Positions 28,538 through 38,229 of a DNA stretch of 64,000 nucleotides are shown here, one piece after another. The notes under the pieces were generated by a model. That model saw only the letters and a program-made list of their open reading frames with translations. It had not been told where the DNA came from and did not search any database. This DNA is from a virus. A program made the translations under genes and the position numbers. The first letter of the stretch is position 1, and every line of letters starts with the position of its first letter. The DNA lies in IMG/VR virus record IMGVR_UViG_3300045988_179268, positions 192,001 through 256,000 of that record. One strand, written 5' to 3'.

Positions 28538-29671
28538 ATGACCACCAAAGACATCCGAAACGTTACCACTGGTGACGTAATCCTCGCCACCAACAAGCTT
28601 CACGGAATGTGGTGGAACCCAGACGACGAAGTGTACTATGTTCTACGTCCCGAAGAACCCCACGACACCCGCTACAAAGGAGGTGTCACTGTAAGTGGTG
28701 AAACCGCCTACCTCTCAAACTTACCCCTCGTCAAGCTTGACGCTTGCGACGCAGAAATTGTTGGTCATGGGTATAAGGACTACGCGCATAAAGCGTTAGA
28801 GCTAAATCTGCACGAACTGCAAAAGAGCATGAACTACTCACCTAGCAACTACACTTACCCTGTGAGTAGCGTCAGAACGGAAGCTGACGTGGATAACATT
28901 GTGAACACAATGCGGAGCGACCTGAAAACCCTAGAGGGAACCCGTCAGTATCTCAACGAGAAAATGTACCCCTTCATTGAAAAGGTGGAAGCAAGTCAAG
29001 TCACATACCCTAAGCATCATGAGTTGATGAGTCTAGCCATTACACGTCTTACCGACCTAGCGGCAGAGGTGTACGAGGGCGATGTAATCATCCTCTCTGA
29101 GAAGAACCAGGAAGTTAGCCCCTACCACTCAGTAATTGTTCGCGTAGAAAGCAAGACTAATAGAACCTTTAAAGTAGCCACCCCTGACGGTATCGAAGGA
29201 ACCATTAGAAAGGGAACGGTGAACACTGTTAATGGCAGACTTCTAGATGTGACTATTGACGGCGTTACCATGCCCTGCAACTATGCGGTAATCGTCCGAC
29301 TCATCAAGCCCACTACCGAAAAAATGCAGGCGTACATTGACGCTAAGCATCAAGAGCACGCCAACATTCAGAAGCTTATCGCCGCATACCGAGACATCTT
29401 CTTCCACGAAGACACGCCTCAGTTCATTAAAGACACTTTCCAGGAATACGCCCAAGATAAGTATAGTTACACCTCGCACCAATGGACTGTAAGCCCTACT
29501 CTTAACTACCGAGCATGGGACCTTGCGGACACAAACCCCATGTTTGACATCCTCAACAGTGCGCTAAAGATTTGGGCTACCATCCTTACAGCAATCACAA
29601 ACACGGCGAGACGAATCGAATCAGCTACGGACTTTCTAAGTTATGAAGGTCAGCGGCTAATCTCCGAATAA
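28538..29671 (+). CDS. GDV-motif paralog 2 of 6
   Basis: ATG 28538 after GGAAGAAGG; TTGDVILA, VTIDG. Confidence 0.7.
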   Translation: MTTKDIRNVTTGDVILATNKLHGMWWNPDDEVYYVLRPEEPHDTRYKGGVTVSGETAYLSNLPLVKLDACDAEIVGHGYKDYAHKALELNLHELQKSMNYSPSNYTYPVSSVRTEADVDNIVNTMRSDLKTLEGTRQYLNEKMYPFIEKVEASQVTYPKHHELMSLAITRLTDLAAEVYEGDVIILSEKNQEVSPYHSVIVRVESKTNRTFKVATPDGIEGTIRKGTVNTVNGRLLDVTIDGVTMPCNYAVIVRLIKPTTEKMQAYIDAKHQEHANIQKLIAAYRDIFFHEDTPQFIKDTFQEYAQDKYSYTSHQWTVSPTLNYRAWDLADTNPMFDILNSALKIWATILTAITNTARRIESATDFLSYEGQRLISE

Positions 29672-29746
29672 ACCCCTGTATGGTGGCGCTAACCCTAAAT
29701 CTAGGTAAGAGTTAGTGCCACCATACGCGACACACCAAAGGAAACC

Positions 29747-30832
29747 ATGAGCCACATCAGCAACATTGCTAACCTCAAGGCAGGTGACGTACTCTATGCG
29801 CCTAACCTCACCTATCCAACCTTCGTAAATGGCTCCATCAAGCGTAACGTCATGATGGTAGAGGCGACAGACCCAGAAAGTGACAGTATCAACCTCATTC
29901 GCGCCGATGGGGTGGTCATTAGTGCAAACCTAGCCGACAGTGAGCTACACGCCGCTGGTCATGGCTACCAGAGGTTTGCAGAACTTATCTATGCCCACTA
30001 TCAGCCAGACGGTTCTATCCGCCCATTAGGAACCGGGCTTGGCATCATGCGCCTTAGGGGGCAAATATCGGATGACACGCTGGAATGCCTATGGGACAAA
30101 GCTACCGACGCAATGAAGATGGCAGAGGATATGATGCAGAATGTTGCTCTCTGGAAGGGGATTCTCCCCTCAGAAATTAGCACCCTCGCTTCCACTGGCT
30201 ACCCTTTTATGGATAGGTCTTCACCCCATCTTCACCTCTATCCGGTAGCGGCTTTTCAGCGCCATTTTTCGGAAGGAGCGACGTTCGTCATATCTACAAG
30301 TAGTGCCGCTTCGCCGGAAACGTCTTTCATTGTGACTGTCACCAGCCGTAAGGGTAAAGTAGCGCAAATTGCCACCATTCAGGGTGCGACAGGAACGGCG
30401 ACTTATTCCCCTATGTCCTCAAAAGAACTACGTGTAGTCATTGACGGAATTAAGGTACCTGTCACTTCCATCTATCAGGTAACCCTTAAAGATGGAAGTC
30501 AGCTAGAGGAGTATGTGGAAGCATATAACCTGGAGCACGACAGGAAGCGTCAGGCGATGCAACTATGCCAAAGCGTATTCGGGGAGGAAATTAATCTTGA
30601 ACCCCTATTTAAAGGTACAAGGGGCTGGTACAATAGCAACTGGGAGACAGGTACACGCACTTATGACTACATCCAACCACACATGGGCAACCGAAGTATA
30701 ATTCCGCACATTCTTTCCATCTCAATGATGCTTCTCAAAACTGCAATCGACTACGCCGAAAGGACAATCAGCGAAGCACATGAAACTCTAACCCTTCTCC
30801 AACAAGAACACCCAGACCTATTCCAATACTAG
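29747..30832 (+). CDS. GDV-motif paralog 3 of 6
   Basis: KAGDVLYA, VVIDG. Confidence 0.7.
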   Translation: MSHISNIANLKAGDVLYAPNLTYPTFVNGSIKRNVMMVEATDPESDSINLIRADGVVISANLADSELHAAGHGYQRFAELIYAHYQPDGSIRPLGTGLGIMRLRGQISDDTLECLWDKATDAMKMAEDMMQNVALWKGILPSEISTLASTGYPFMDRSSPHLHLYPVAAFQRHFSEGATFVISTSSAASPETSFIVTVTSRKGKVAQIATIQGATGTATYSPMSSKELRVVIDGIKVPVTSIYQVTLKDGSQLEEYVEAYNLEHDRKRQAMQLCQSVFGEEINLEPLFKGTRGWYNSNWETGTRTYDYIQPHMGNRSIIPHILSISMMLLKTAIDYAERTISEAHETLTLLQQEHPDLFQY

Positions 30833-30858
30833 CCCCCATACGAAAGGCATCCATTGCA

Positions 30859-31971
30859 ATGTTTGACGCAAAGACCAATAGTATCTACGGTAGTCACATC
30901 AAGTACACCCCCAAAGAAGACCTTAAGCCCGGTGACGTATTCTACCTGCCTGGCAGGGATTGCCCAGAGTATGTAGAAGACCTTACCACTCTCAAGGAGG
31001 ACTTCGGAGTCTTTGTCGGTACTTCGGGACATTACGGCTGTAGCGAACTAGCGAATGTAGATAAGGTTGAAGTGGCTGGCAACGGGCTTGAGGTGTTGGC
31101 TAATAAATGGGTTAAGTATCGCCTCGATAATTGGTATCGTTGCGTGTGCCCCACTGTGCCGCCAACAGATATTGCGGAACAGCTAGAAAATGCTCGAAAG
31201 CAGTACCTAGAACTTAAAGCCGTCATGAAAAAGGCTGACAACCTTAAGAAGCATGTCAAGGGCAACCTGTCTGCATTTGCGCAACAGGCAGAGCTACTTA
31301 AACCGAATTACCCCGCAGGGTCTTTGCGTCACCACAGACCTATCAGGCACTTTCACTACCTAAACAGTGTTGCTGTGGGAGAGATGCTTGTTATGAACTC
31401 TACACCAGCTAATGAAGAGGGGCTTGAATCAGCACGTAATGTTGCCATCATGGTTACTAAGAAGCGCAAGCGGAGCGTCGAGTTTATGACACTCACGGGT
31501 GTTAAGGGGTTGCATGGGGAAATTAAGCATACGCAGAAGACTGAGAAGCACGGAGTTTTGAAAGTAACCCTTGATAATGTGAGTATGTTTTGCAGGAGCA
31601 TCTACACTACGGGTATTGTGAATCGCCATGCCATCAAAGAGTACATCGACATCCTCTTGAATGAAGAAGAGCGGACTCAAAACATGCTGGATGCATACTG
31701 GAGCATGTTCCTTGATGATTCCATGCGTGACCTTGCGGCTGAGTTTATTCAGTACTGCGAGGAGAAAGAAGTTGATAACCCCTGGAAGTATCGCGAGGGT
31801 GCTAGTTTCCGACTTGCACCTGACTTTGTTGATGATGAAGAGGTCGTTTTCCATATCCTGCATGGCGCATGTGAGATGGCGACTGACATTTTCGACTGGG
31901 CATCAAAAATGCACAGAGGCGCGGAATATGCCATTGAGCGACTATTTATCCACTATCCCTCTTTGAAGTAA
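30859..31971 (+). CDS. GDV-motif paralog 4 of 6
   Basis: KPGDVFYL, VTLDN. Confidence 0.7.
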   Translation: MFDAKTNSIYGSHIKYTPKEDLKPGDVFYLPGRDCPEYVEDLTTLKEDFGVFVGTSGHYGCSELANVDKVEVAGNGLEVLANKWVKYRLDNWYRCVCPTVPPTDIAEQLENARKQYLELKAVMKKADNLKKHVKGNLSAFAQQAELLKPNYPAGSLRHHRPIRHFHYLNSVAVGEMLVMNSTPANEEGLESARNVAIMVTKKRKRSVEFMTLTGVKGLHGEIKHTQKTEKHGVLKVTLDNVSMFCRSIYTTGIVNRHAIKEYIDILLNEEERTQNMLDAYWSMFLDDSMRDLAAEFIQYCEEKEVDNPWKYREGASFRLAPDFVDDEEVVFHILHGACEMATDIFDWASKMHRGAEYAIERLFIHYPSLK

Positions 31972-32095
31972 GCCGTATAAGCAAAGAGCTTTACAGTGTA
32001 CCCCAGATTGTGTACAATAGATACATAATCTGGGGTACACTTATGTGACACCCCTACAGTTCACTTATTGCAACCGTACACAAAGGAGGAGTTTC

Positions 32096-33277
32096 ATGGA
32101 AGCCACCGAAAACCAATTCCCTAAAACTGGCGATGTCATCTACAACTACCGCAAGCGAGATAAGCCTACTAATAACGGCTTTAACCTATATGACGATATT
32201 CAAGTAATCTACGTCGAATCCGCTGACCCGGAAGGTCAAACAATCACCTACTTCGAGGAAGGTAGGTACTCTAACGAGTTTAGGACAGAAAAGCTTAACC
32301 TCTCCACCTACGACGGTTTTAGCTTCTCCAACCGTCACTCTTACTACACTGAGCATTATGTCGTTGCAGGTCACGGCGTGGACGACTACGCTAAGTACAC
32401 CAATCTTGCCACAAATGCAGGACTGATTACAGGCAGTAACTACTGGAATAACTCAGTGTATGGCTCTAGCGACTACATTGATGAGTATCGACCTGAGTTC
32501 AACATTCTTGATAAGAGTCAGTATCAGTTCTGTATCTCGAACTTCTCGAAGAAAATCTCTTGGGCTCGCGAATCACTGAAGGCTCTCAAAGATACCTATG
32601 AGAGTGAGTTCGTACCTTTCGTTAAGTCTCTTAGCTATGACCTGCCCAGGGTTTCAGAGCGTAAAGATTATCGAGCCAGGACATTTAATAAAATAGAGGT
32701 TGGCGACGTGCTAGTACTGACAATTCGTGACTTGGGCAACCGACCAGACATGATTGTGCAGGTCAAGGCATTCAACAAGGATTCAGCATCCATTGAGACA
32801 GTAGGTGGACTGGAAGGCGTATTGACGGAGTTAAAGCGTGGAGACAACGACTTCAAGGTTGAAATTGATGGTCTTACACTATATGCTGTGAGTGCCGAGG
32901 TTACTTCGGCGGCTTCCGTTGAAGATGCTGTATATAACGAGGCAATTAAGAAGCAGTACCAAGCAGACCTGGAGAGTGCAAGCGACTTCTTTAAGAAGCT
33001 GTTTAATTCCAGCGATGCCGACCCGAATGTTAGTGCCCTCTATAGGACAGCCGTAAATCATGACAATAGCCGTTATGAGTGGTGGAGATTTGGACGTGGT
33101 GGAGACGGCGTTGGGCTGTTTAATTACGGCAAGGGGTATGTTCCTGTTGGTCAGCATATACTGCGCCACACCACACGAATGATTGCCAGTATCGAAGATA
33201 CTGTTACAACCATCATTAATGGTACTGAGCAGATGATTGACAAGATGAACGCCGTGTATGGGTACACCTCGGCGTGA
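32096..33277 (+). CDS. GDV-motif paralog 5 of 6
   Basis: ATG 32096 after AAGGAGGA; KTGDVIYN, VEIDG; TGA stop. Confidence 0.7.
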   Translation: MEATENQFPKTGDVIYNYRKRDKPTNNGFNLYDDIQVIYVESADPEGQTITYFEEGRYSNEFRTEKLNLSTYDGFSFSNRHSYYTEHYVVAGHGVDDYAKYTNLATNAGLITGSNYWNNSVYGSSDYIDEYRPEFNILDKSQYQFCISNFSKKISWARESLKALKDTYESEFVPFVKSLSYDLPRVSERKDYRARTFNKIEVGDVLVLTIRDLGNRPDMIVQVKAFNKDSASIETVGGLEGVLTELKRGDNDFKVEIDGLTLYAVSAEVTSAASVEDAVYNEAIKKQYQADLESASDFFKKLFNSSDADPNVSALYRTAVNHDNSRYEWWRFGRGGDGVGLFNYGKGYVPVGQHILRHTTRMIASIEDTVTTIINGTEQMIDKMNAVYGYTSA

Positions 33278-33354
33278 TATAGCTGAGTGTTTTTGTGGCG
33301 GGCAACCCCCTTTCTCGCGGTGGAGTTGCCCGCCACAACTATGCACACAACATA

Positions 33355-33365
33355 TGTGGTACAGT
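33355..33365 (+). promoter_or_regulatory. promoter motif
   Basis: TGTGGTACAGT. Confidence 0.6.
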
Positions 33366-33415
33366 ATAATTGTATCCATGTTGGAGAAATATTCAGAGAA
33401 ATTAGAGGCAGGAAA

Positions 33416-34603
33416 TTGACCGAACACACCAAGTTCCATGCAGTAGAAGCCCACGAAGTTAAGCCAGGCGACATCCTCATTGAAGCACCTAGTGAAACAT
33501 GGTTGGGGAAGCATTTTCAAGCCGCCCACCTCGTCACCAAGATTACAGACGCTAACGAAATAGTGAGCATCAGCACCCATCAGCCACACGAACCCCTCAA
33601 CATTACAGAAACCCCTATAGCCATCATTAAGGAAGGCAGTGCCAACGGGAGCTGGGAACAGTACAGCAAAGCAGTTGGAGCAGTCGTTGAATATAGTGAA
33701 GAGTTATTCAATATTACTAGTAAGCTTGACTCACTCAAGAACCTCTTCCATGACATCAAATCATGGCGCGAGAAGTTCACCCCCAGTATCCCGCTAACCT
33801 ATGGTGAATACGAATCGCTGGTTGCAAGTCACACCCAGCTTCTAGACACCATAGAAACTGCCATCGAGTATGCCGACAAGCACTTCATTCCCACCATACA
33901 GCACCTATACTCAACTGAGCTTGACGGCATTTCAGAGCGCCAGCAGAAACAGTATACTCCGCCGGTAACTGTTGTGGGCGGAGGTATGACCAAGAACGAT
34001 AAGGTGGCTAAAGCTTTCGAGTCCCTAAAACATGGTAGCTACCTTGCCATCAAACTAGATAACACAGATGGAGAAACAGACTACTGTATTGCAAAATTTG
34101 AAGGCGTTAAGGGCAACATCCGAAAGTTTGCACACCTAAAGTTCCACAATGGAGAAATCGACGGCGACATAGCTTTTGGGCGCAAAAACCTCTACTCCTC
34201 ACGACGAACTCTACATGTAGACGGGCTAGAGAAGAAGGTGGGGGTAATTTTCCTTACTCCAACCAAATCCTACAAATCTGCGTTGGAATACGTGGAAGTC
34301 ATGGATGTACAAGTGAGACTTATGCATTCATTTGATAGCGCGATGCTCTTTTGCCCCAACTCTCTCTGGAAGGACTCTCTGAAAGCCGTAACGCACAACA
34401 AGGCACTCATGGAGCGAAAAGCACACGAAGATAACACTTATGATGGGTGGACATCTGACAGGTTCCTGTGCGCTATAACTGAGACATACGGTAAGCTAAC
34501 TGAAATTGCGGGCAAGCTACGAGCAGTAACACCCCTGCTAGAACAAATGAACCACGCAAACCACAAGTTGCAACCCGAACAGCGACAGCCAAGCATTGAG
34601 TAA
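33416..34603 (+). CDS. GDV-motif paralog 6 of 6
   Basis: TTG 33416 lies 7 nt after GAGG and downstream of promoter 33355-33365; KPGDILIE; track start 33287 lies inside the terminator and promoter. Confidence 0.6.
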   Translation: MTEHTKFHAVEAHEVKPGDILIEAPSETWLGKHFQAAHLVTKITDANEIVSISTHQPHEPLNITETPIAIIKEGSANGSWEQYSKAVGAVVEYSEELFNITSKLDSLKNLFHDIKSWREKFTPSIPLTYGEYESLVASHTQLLDTIETAIEYADKHFIPTIQHLYSTELDGISERQQKQYTPPVTVVGGGMTKNDKVAKAFESLKHGSYLAIKLDNTDGETDYCIAKFEGVKGNIRKFAHLKFHNGEIDGDIAFGRKNLYSSRRTLHVDGLEKKVGVIFLTPTKSYKSALEYVEVMDVQVRLMHSFDSAMLFCPNSLWKDSLKAVTHNKALMERKAHEDNTYDGWTSDRFLCAITETYGKLTEIAGKLRAVTPLLEQMNHANHKLQPEQRQPSIE

Positions 34604-34775
34604 GGGGCAATGCTGTTGCATCCATCTACTCAGCCATTACCAGAGCGAGGGGTGGGTGTTTGTGAGGTTGCGTGTGTAATACTTCCTTTGCTTGGCGCGA
34701 AGCATTAAATGGGAAATGTGCTGAGGCGAAAGAATAAACTTCTTTTGCCTCAGCACATTTAAAATCGCATCAATA

Positions 34776-34786
34776 TGTGGTACACT
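34776..34786 (+). promoter_or_regulatory. promoter motif
   Basis: TGTGGTACACT. Confidence 0.65.
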
Positions 34787-34858
34787 GTATATAGATTGTT
34801 AGTAAGTGGGTGAAACTCACGCCCCCACAACCAAACCAACAAAAAAGGAAGTTCAAGA

Positions 34859-36061
34859 ATGAACCTACTAGAGCATTACCGCGACAACTACAGCCATGTT
34901 GTTCGCCTCAATAAGCATGAGGCAACCGGGCTAACCTGCGTCAAGTACAAGCCTGACGTTTATGACTTTACTGACCCTTACGTCCGAATGGCGCGAGGTC
35001 TAGTCCTCAACGACCAGGGCGACATTATCCTGCGAGGATTCAATAAGTTCTTCAACTGGAAGCAGTACGACCTCAAGACCACGGTAGACCGTAAGTTCAA
35101 GGAAGAGTTTACCCACATGGGGTCATTTGCGCCTGACGAGAAGGTCACCTTCTATGAGAAGCTAGACGGAACCTGCATCATTGTTGGACTCTACGAAGGC
35201 GAATACCTGTTTGCTACTCCCGGCGCTGTTGAAACCCCTAAGTATCAGGAGCCGGTACATCGACTACTAAACGAAGCTCCGCAAGTTAAGGCATGGCTGG
35301 AAGAAAACCCGGACATGTGCCTCATCTTCGAGTACACTTCCCCCTACAACATCATTAACGTGCTGTACGAGGAGGAGAACCTTACTCTCATTGGTCTGGC
35401 AAGTAAGACTTACGGCGACCGTAGCCCCCTGGAAATGCTCGAAGTAGCCGAGAAGCTAAACCTCCCCGCACCGAAGGTCTACCACATGACCATTCCCGAA
35501 GTGTCACAGGTTCAGGAAGAAACCAAGGGCATTGAAGGATTCATTGCTGTAAACCAGTATGGGCACCTCTTGAAGTTCAAGACCGAGGACTGGTTCATGC
35601 ACAGCAACGACTTCCTCCACCCCTATGTGAACAAGTCGTCACGTCCCGCCGTCCGCCGAATCATCCAGGCAGTCGCAAACGGAACGATTGACGACATGCT
35701 GGCACGCCAGGCAACCCTATCCGAGAAGGATATTGAGGATAAGATTTCCGTTGTTGTTGAATGTGTTGAAGAGCTTCTAGCTGAGGGGCAGGAGAAGTAC
35801 CTCCAGCTCAAGCAGGCGCTTGACTCTGCGCCGACCGAGGAAGCTAAGTATGAGGCTCGTGTAAAGTTCTTCGACCCGAAGAGCAAGAGTGCAACGAACC
35901 CTCAGATGGCACTAGTGACCACTCACCTGCGAGGCAAGACGTTCTCCCAGCTTATCGAAGAACACCCGGCACGCCTCAAGTCCTTCACCCAGGACATCAT
36001 GGAGCGACTTATCGCCCGAGGGGTCAGCGTGACCATCGAAAAGCCGCGCCCCAAGCAGTAA
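34859..36061 (+). CDS. RNA ligase
   Basis: nucleotidyltransferase motifs EKLDGT (KxDG), IFEY, EGFIAV, LKFK. Confidence 0.8.
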   Translation: MNLLEHYRDNYSHVVRLNKHEATGLTCVKYKPDVYDFTDPYVRMARGLVLNDQGDIILRGFNKFFNWKQYDLKTTVDRKFKEEFTHMGSFAPDEKVTFYEKLDGTCIIVGLYEGEYLFATPGAVETPKYQEPVHRLLNEAPQVKAWLEENPDMCLIFEYTSPYNIINVLYEEENLTLIGLASKTYGDRSPLEMLEVAEKLNLPAPKVYHMTIPEVSQVQEETKGIEGFIAVNQYGHLLKFKTEDWFMHSNDFLHPYVNKSSRPAVRRIIQAVANGTIDDMLARQATLSEKDIEDKISVVVECVEELLAEGQEKYLQLKQALDSAPTEEAKYEARVKFFDPKSKSATNPQMALVTTHLRGKTFSQLIEEHPARLKSFTQDIMERLIARGVSVTIEKPRPKQ

Positions 36062-36241
36062 GTGACGCAATAGGGGTAGATAGGAAAGCCTGAAACATAC
36101 GATGAGTGGTTGGAACGGATGGAAGACCTTACCGGCGTAAACCCCGCCACATACCTACCTCTCTAATTTAGGTGCCCATCAAGTACCTCATTCGATATGG
36201 GAGATGTGATAAACTGACCTTGTAACGAGTGAGGTACTTTT

Positions 36242-37444
36242 ATGCCCACTGAAATTTCTGATTCCTACTTGGAGGGAATAATGGCTCTAGCTGACAGCAT
36301 TGGCATGGTTAAAGGAAGCAGGCGTAATGTGAGGGCTTCCTTACCTAAGCGCGTCTCTGACGCTGTGATTGCTAATACTTACGGTATTGACTCCCAGATT
36401 GCGATGTGTGCGGTTGCTACCCGTAAGGCGGAGACTCACATCATGGAGTTGGGCGGACGTTACGCCACGGTAGAAGAATACAACGAATGGCTTGAAACCT
36501 ACCTTAAGCTGGGTGGGACAATTGATGTCTACCATGATTACCCGATGCCACTGAACGCCTTTTTCTTCTTCGCTAACCCATCATGGCTAGACCTTCATAC
36601 AGCATTTGAGTATTCGTTACCTATTAATGTGCTTGCAAGCCCTAACTACAACCTTAAAAGCCACCCCTTCAAAGGCTCCAATAATATTGATTGCATGGTC
36701 AGCTTCTTCGGGTGGGCTCCCACTAGTGAAGGTGACCTCTCCCCGGCGATTAGCGGCAACAACACAGTGCATGTTTGGAGTGACACGGTGGATAGGGTTC
36801 TCATGCGTGAGGATGCCGAAGATGCCGCTCTGTCTGCCCGGCTGAGGACTATGTATGATGAGTGGCATGACGACTCTACCCTTGGGAATATTGATGGGCA
36901 GATGCGTGCCCATCACATGTCAGGGGCAGGCTCGCCGCTTGTGCAGGCGTTGCGTGAATCTGTTGGTACGGTATTTAGTGAACCTGCAACGAGTAGCGAT
37001 TATGCTGAGTGGTTGCAGGAGTATGTGAACTATCTGGACAGCACGGGTGGCAAGCCAAGTGACTCACAGTATGGGAATCTGGTACATTCTGAACCTTACG
37101 CCACCTTAGCGTATATGAACGGTTTCAATCTTGATGCGAGGGCTTTTGTTCGTGTTTACAAGTTTGCTTTGCCGTTCTCTGTGCTACCGTGGGCATACGA
37201 TACTGAATGCTTCCTCTTATTGGATAAGGGCATTGATGCTGTTGAGTATGCAGACAATATTGCCCGGATGCAGGCAAGGTATGGTTTTGACAACCCTCAC
37301 ATCGTTGTTTTTGGATGGAATGCCGAAGGTGTCCCTGTTGTAATTAACGGTATAGCCCCTATTTATCGTGAGTGTCTTGACGCCCCCTCTAGGGCTATTA
37401 TCATGACTGCTTTCGATAAGGATGTTTGGGCATCCTATAGCTAG
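36242..37444 (+). CDS. hypothetical protein
   Basis: track ORF. Confidence 0.65.
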   Translation: MPTEISDSYLEGIMALADSIGMVKGSRRNVRASLPKRVSDAVIANTYGIDSQIAMCAVATRKAETHIMELGGRYATVEEYNEWLETYLKLGGTIDVYHDYPMPLNAFFFFANPSWLDLHTAFEYSLPINVLASPNYNLKSHPFKGSNNIDCMVSFFGWAPTSEGDLSPAISGNNTVHVWSDTVDRVLMREDAEDAALSARLRTMYDEWHDDSTLGNIDGQMRAHHMSGAGSPLVQALRESVGTVFSEPATSSDYAEWLQEYVNYLDSTGGKPSDSQYGNLVHSEPYATLAYMNGFNLDARAFVRVYKFALPFSVLPWAYDTECFLLLDKGIDAVEYADNIARMQARYGFDNPHIVVFGWNAEGVPVVINGIAPIYRECLDAPSRAIIMTAFDKDVWASYS

Positions 37445-37466
37445 AGTGAAGTTTCCTCGTTTTTAG

Positions 37467-37513
37467 AAAGTTCCCCTTTGCGTGACTGCACATAAGGGGA
37501 ACTTTCTTCTTTG
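37467..37513 (+). terminator. intrinsic terminator
   Basis: GAAAGTTCCCCTT/AAGGGGAACTTTC stem followed by TTCTTT. Confidence 0.7.
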
Positions 37514-37567
37514 TATGGTGGGCATAGCCGGAGCCGCATGTCTTAGATTTGTTTCAATACGCAAATC

Positions 37568-37578
37568 TGTGGTACGCT
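37568..37578 (+). promoter_or_regulatory. promoter motif
   Basis: TGTGGTACGCT. Confidence 0.6.
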
Positions 37579-37610
37579 TATCCTGTAAGGCAATGACGAA
37601 AGGATTCGCA

Positions 37611-38087
37611 ATGCAGAAAAAGAACCAACCCCTCAGTGGCGATGAAATCTTTTCATACGTGGCGTTGGCGTTTATGCTAACTCTCATGGTAGTAGGCATC
37701 GGGTATGCCGCATGGATTAACCGACCCACCCCTACCATTGACACTAACCACAACTTTCAGGTTACTCGCATCGAAACCCGGAACTTCAAAGAAGGTGAAT
37801 GGCATCGCTACAGCCACTTCGGAGATTGCCGAAACATCGACGGAAGCACTTACACCTGCATCGTAGATGACGACTACTGGGTAGGTGACACCTTTGAATG
37901 GCGCGAAGCTGACAAGTACGAAAACGCCGACGAAGGCTGGGTTAAGGTTGAAAGCGACGTAAAACCAACCGACACCGAATATGCATACCGCAAGGTATCC
38001 GACTGGGACGTTGTGCGAGATGCCCCCGGTGACAGCCGCAACGGTCAGGTAGTCAAGCATGTACACCTTGACGAGTTCTACCTCTAA
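37611..38087 (+). CDS. membrane-anchored hypothetical protein
   Basis: ATG 37611 after GAAAGGA and downstream of promoter 37568-37578; one N-terminal TM segment. Confidence 0.6.
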   Translation: MQKKNQPLSGDEIFSYVALAFMLTLMVVGIGYAAWINRPTPTIDTNHNFQVTRIETRNFKEGEWHRYSHFGDCRNIDGSTYTCIVDDDYWVGDTFEWREADKYENADEGWVKVESDVKPTDTEYAYRKVSDWDVVRDAPGDSRNGQVVKHVHLDEFYL

Positions 38088-38229
38088 AGCGCCCAAATAA
38101 GCGGCGGACTATGTGTTAATCCGCCGCTTATAGTAATATTTGGAATATGCAACGAACGTTCCTCGAAGAAGAACCTTCTTGCACAACAGAAACACCCATA
38201 ACCAGTAACAAGAAAGGGATAACTACAAC

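Noticed and set aside
33278-33415. Possible TGA read-through fusing paralog 5 to paralog 6 (same frame, separated only by TGA TAT AGC TGA)
   Set aside because: The interval contains a 12-bp terminator hairpin and a promoter motif. Paralog 6 aligns with its siblings only from about 33416. The open frame is most likely coincidental.
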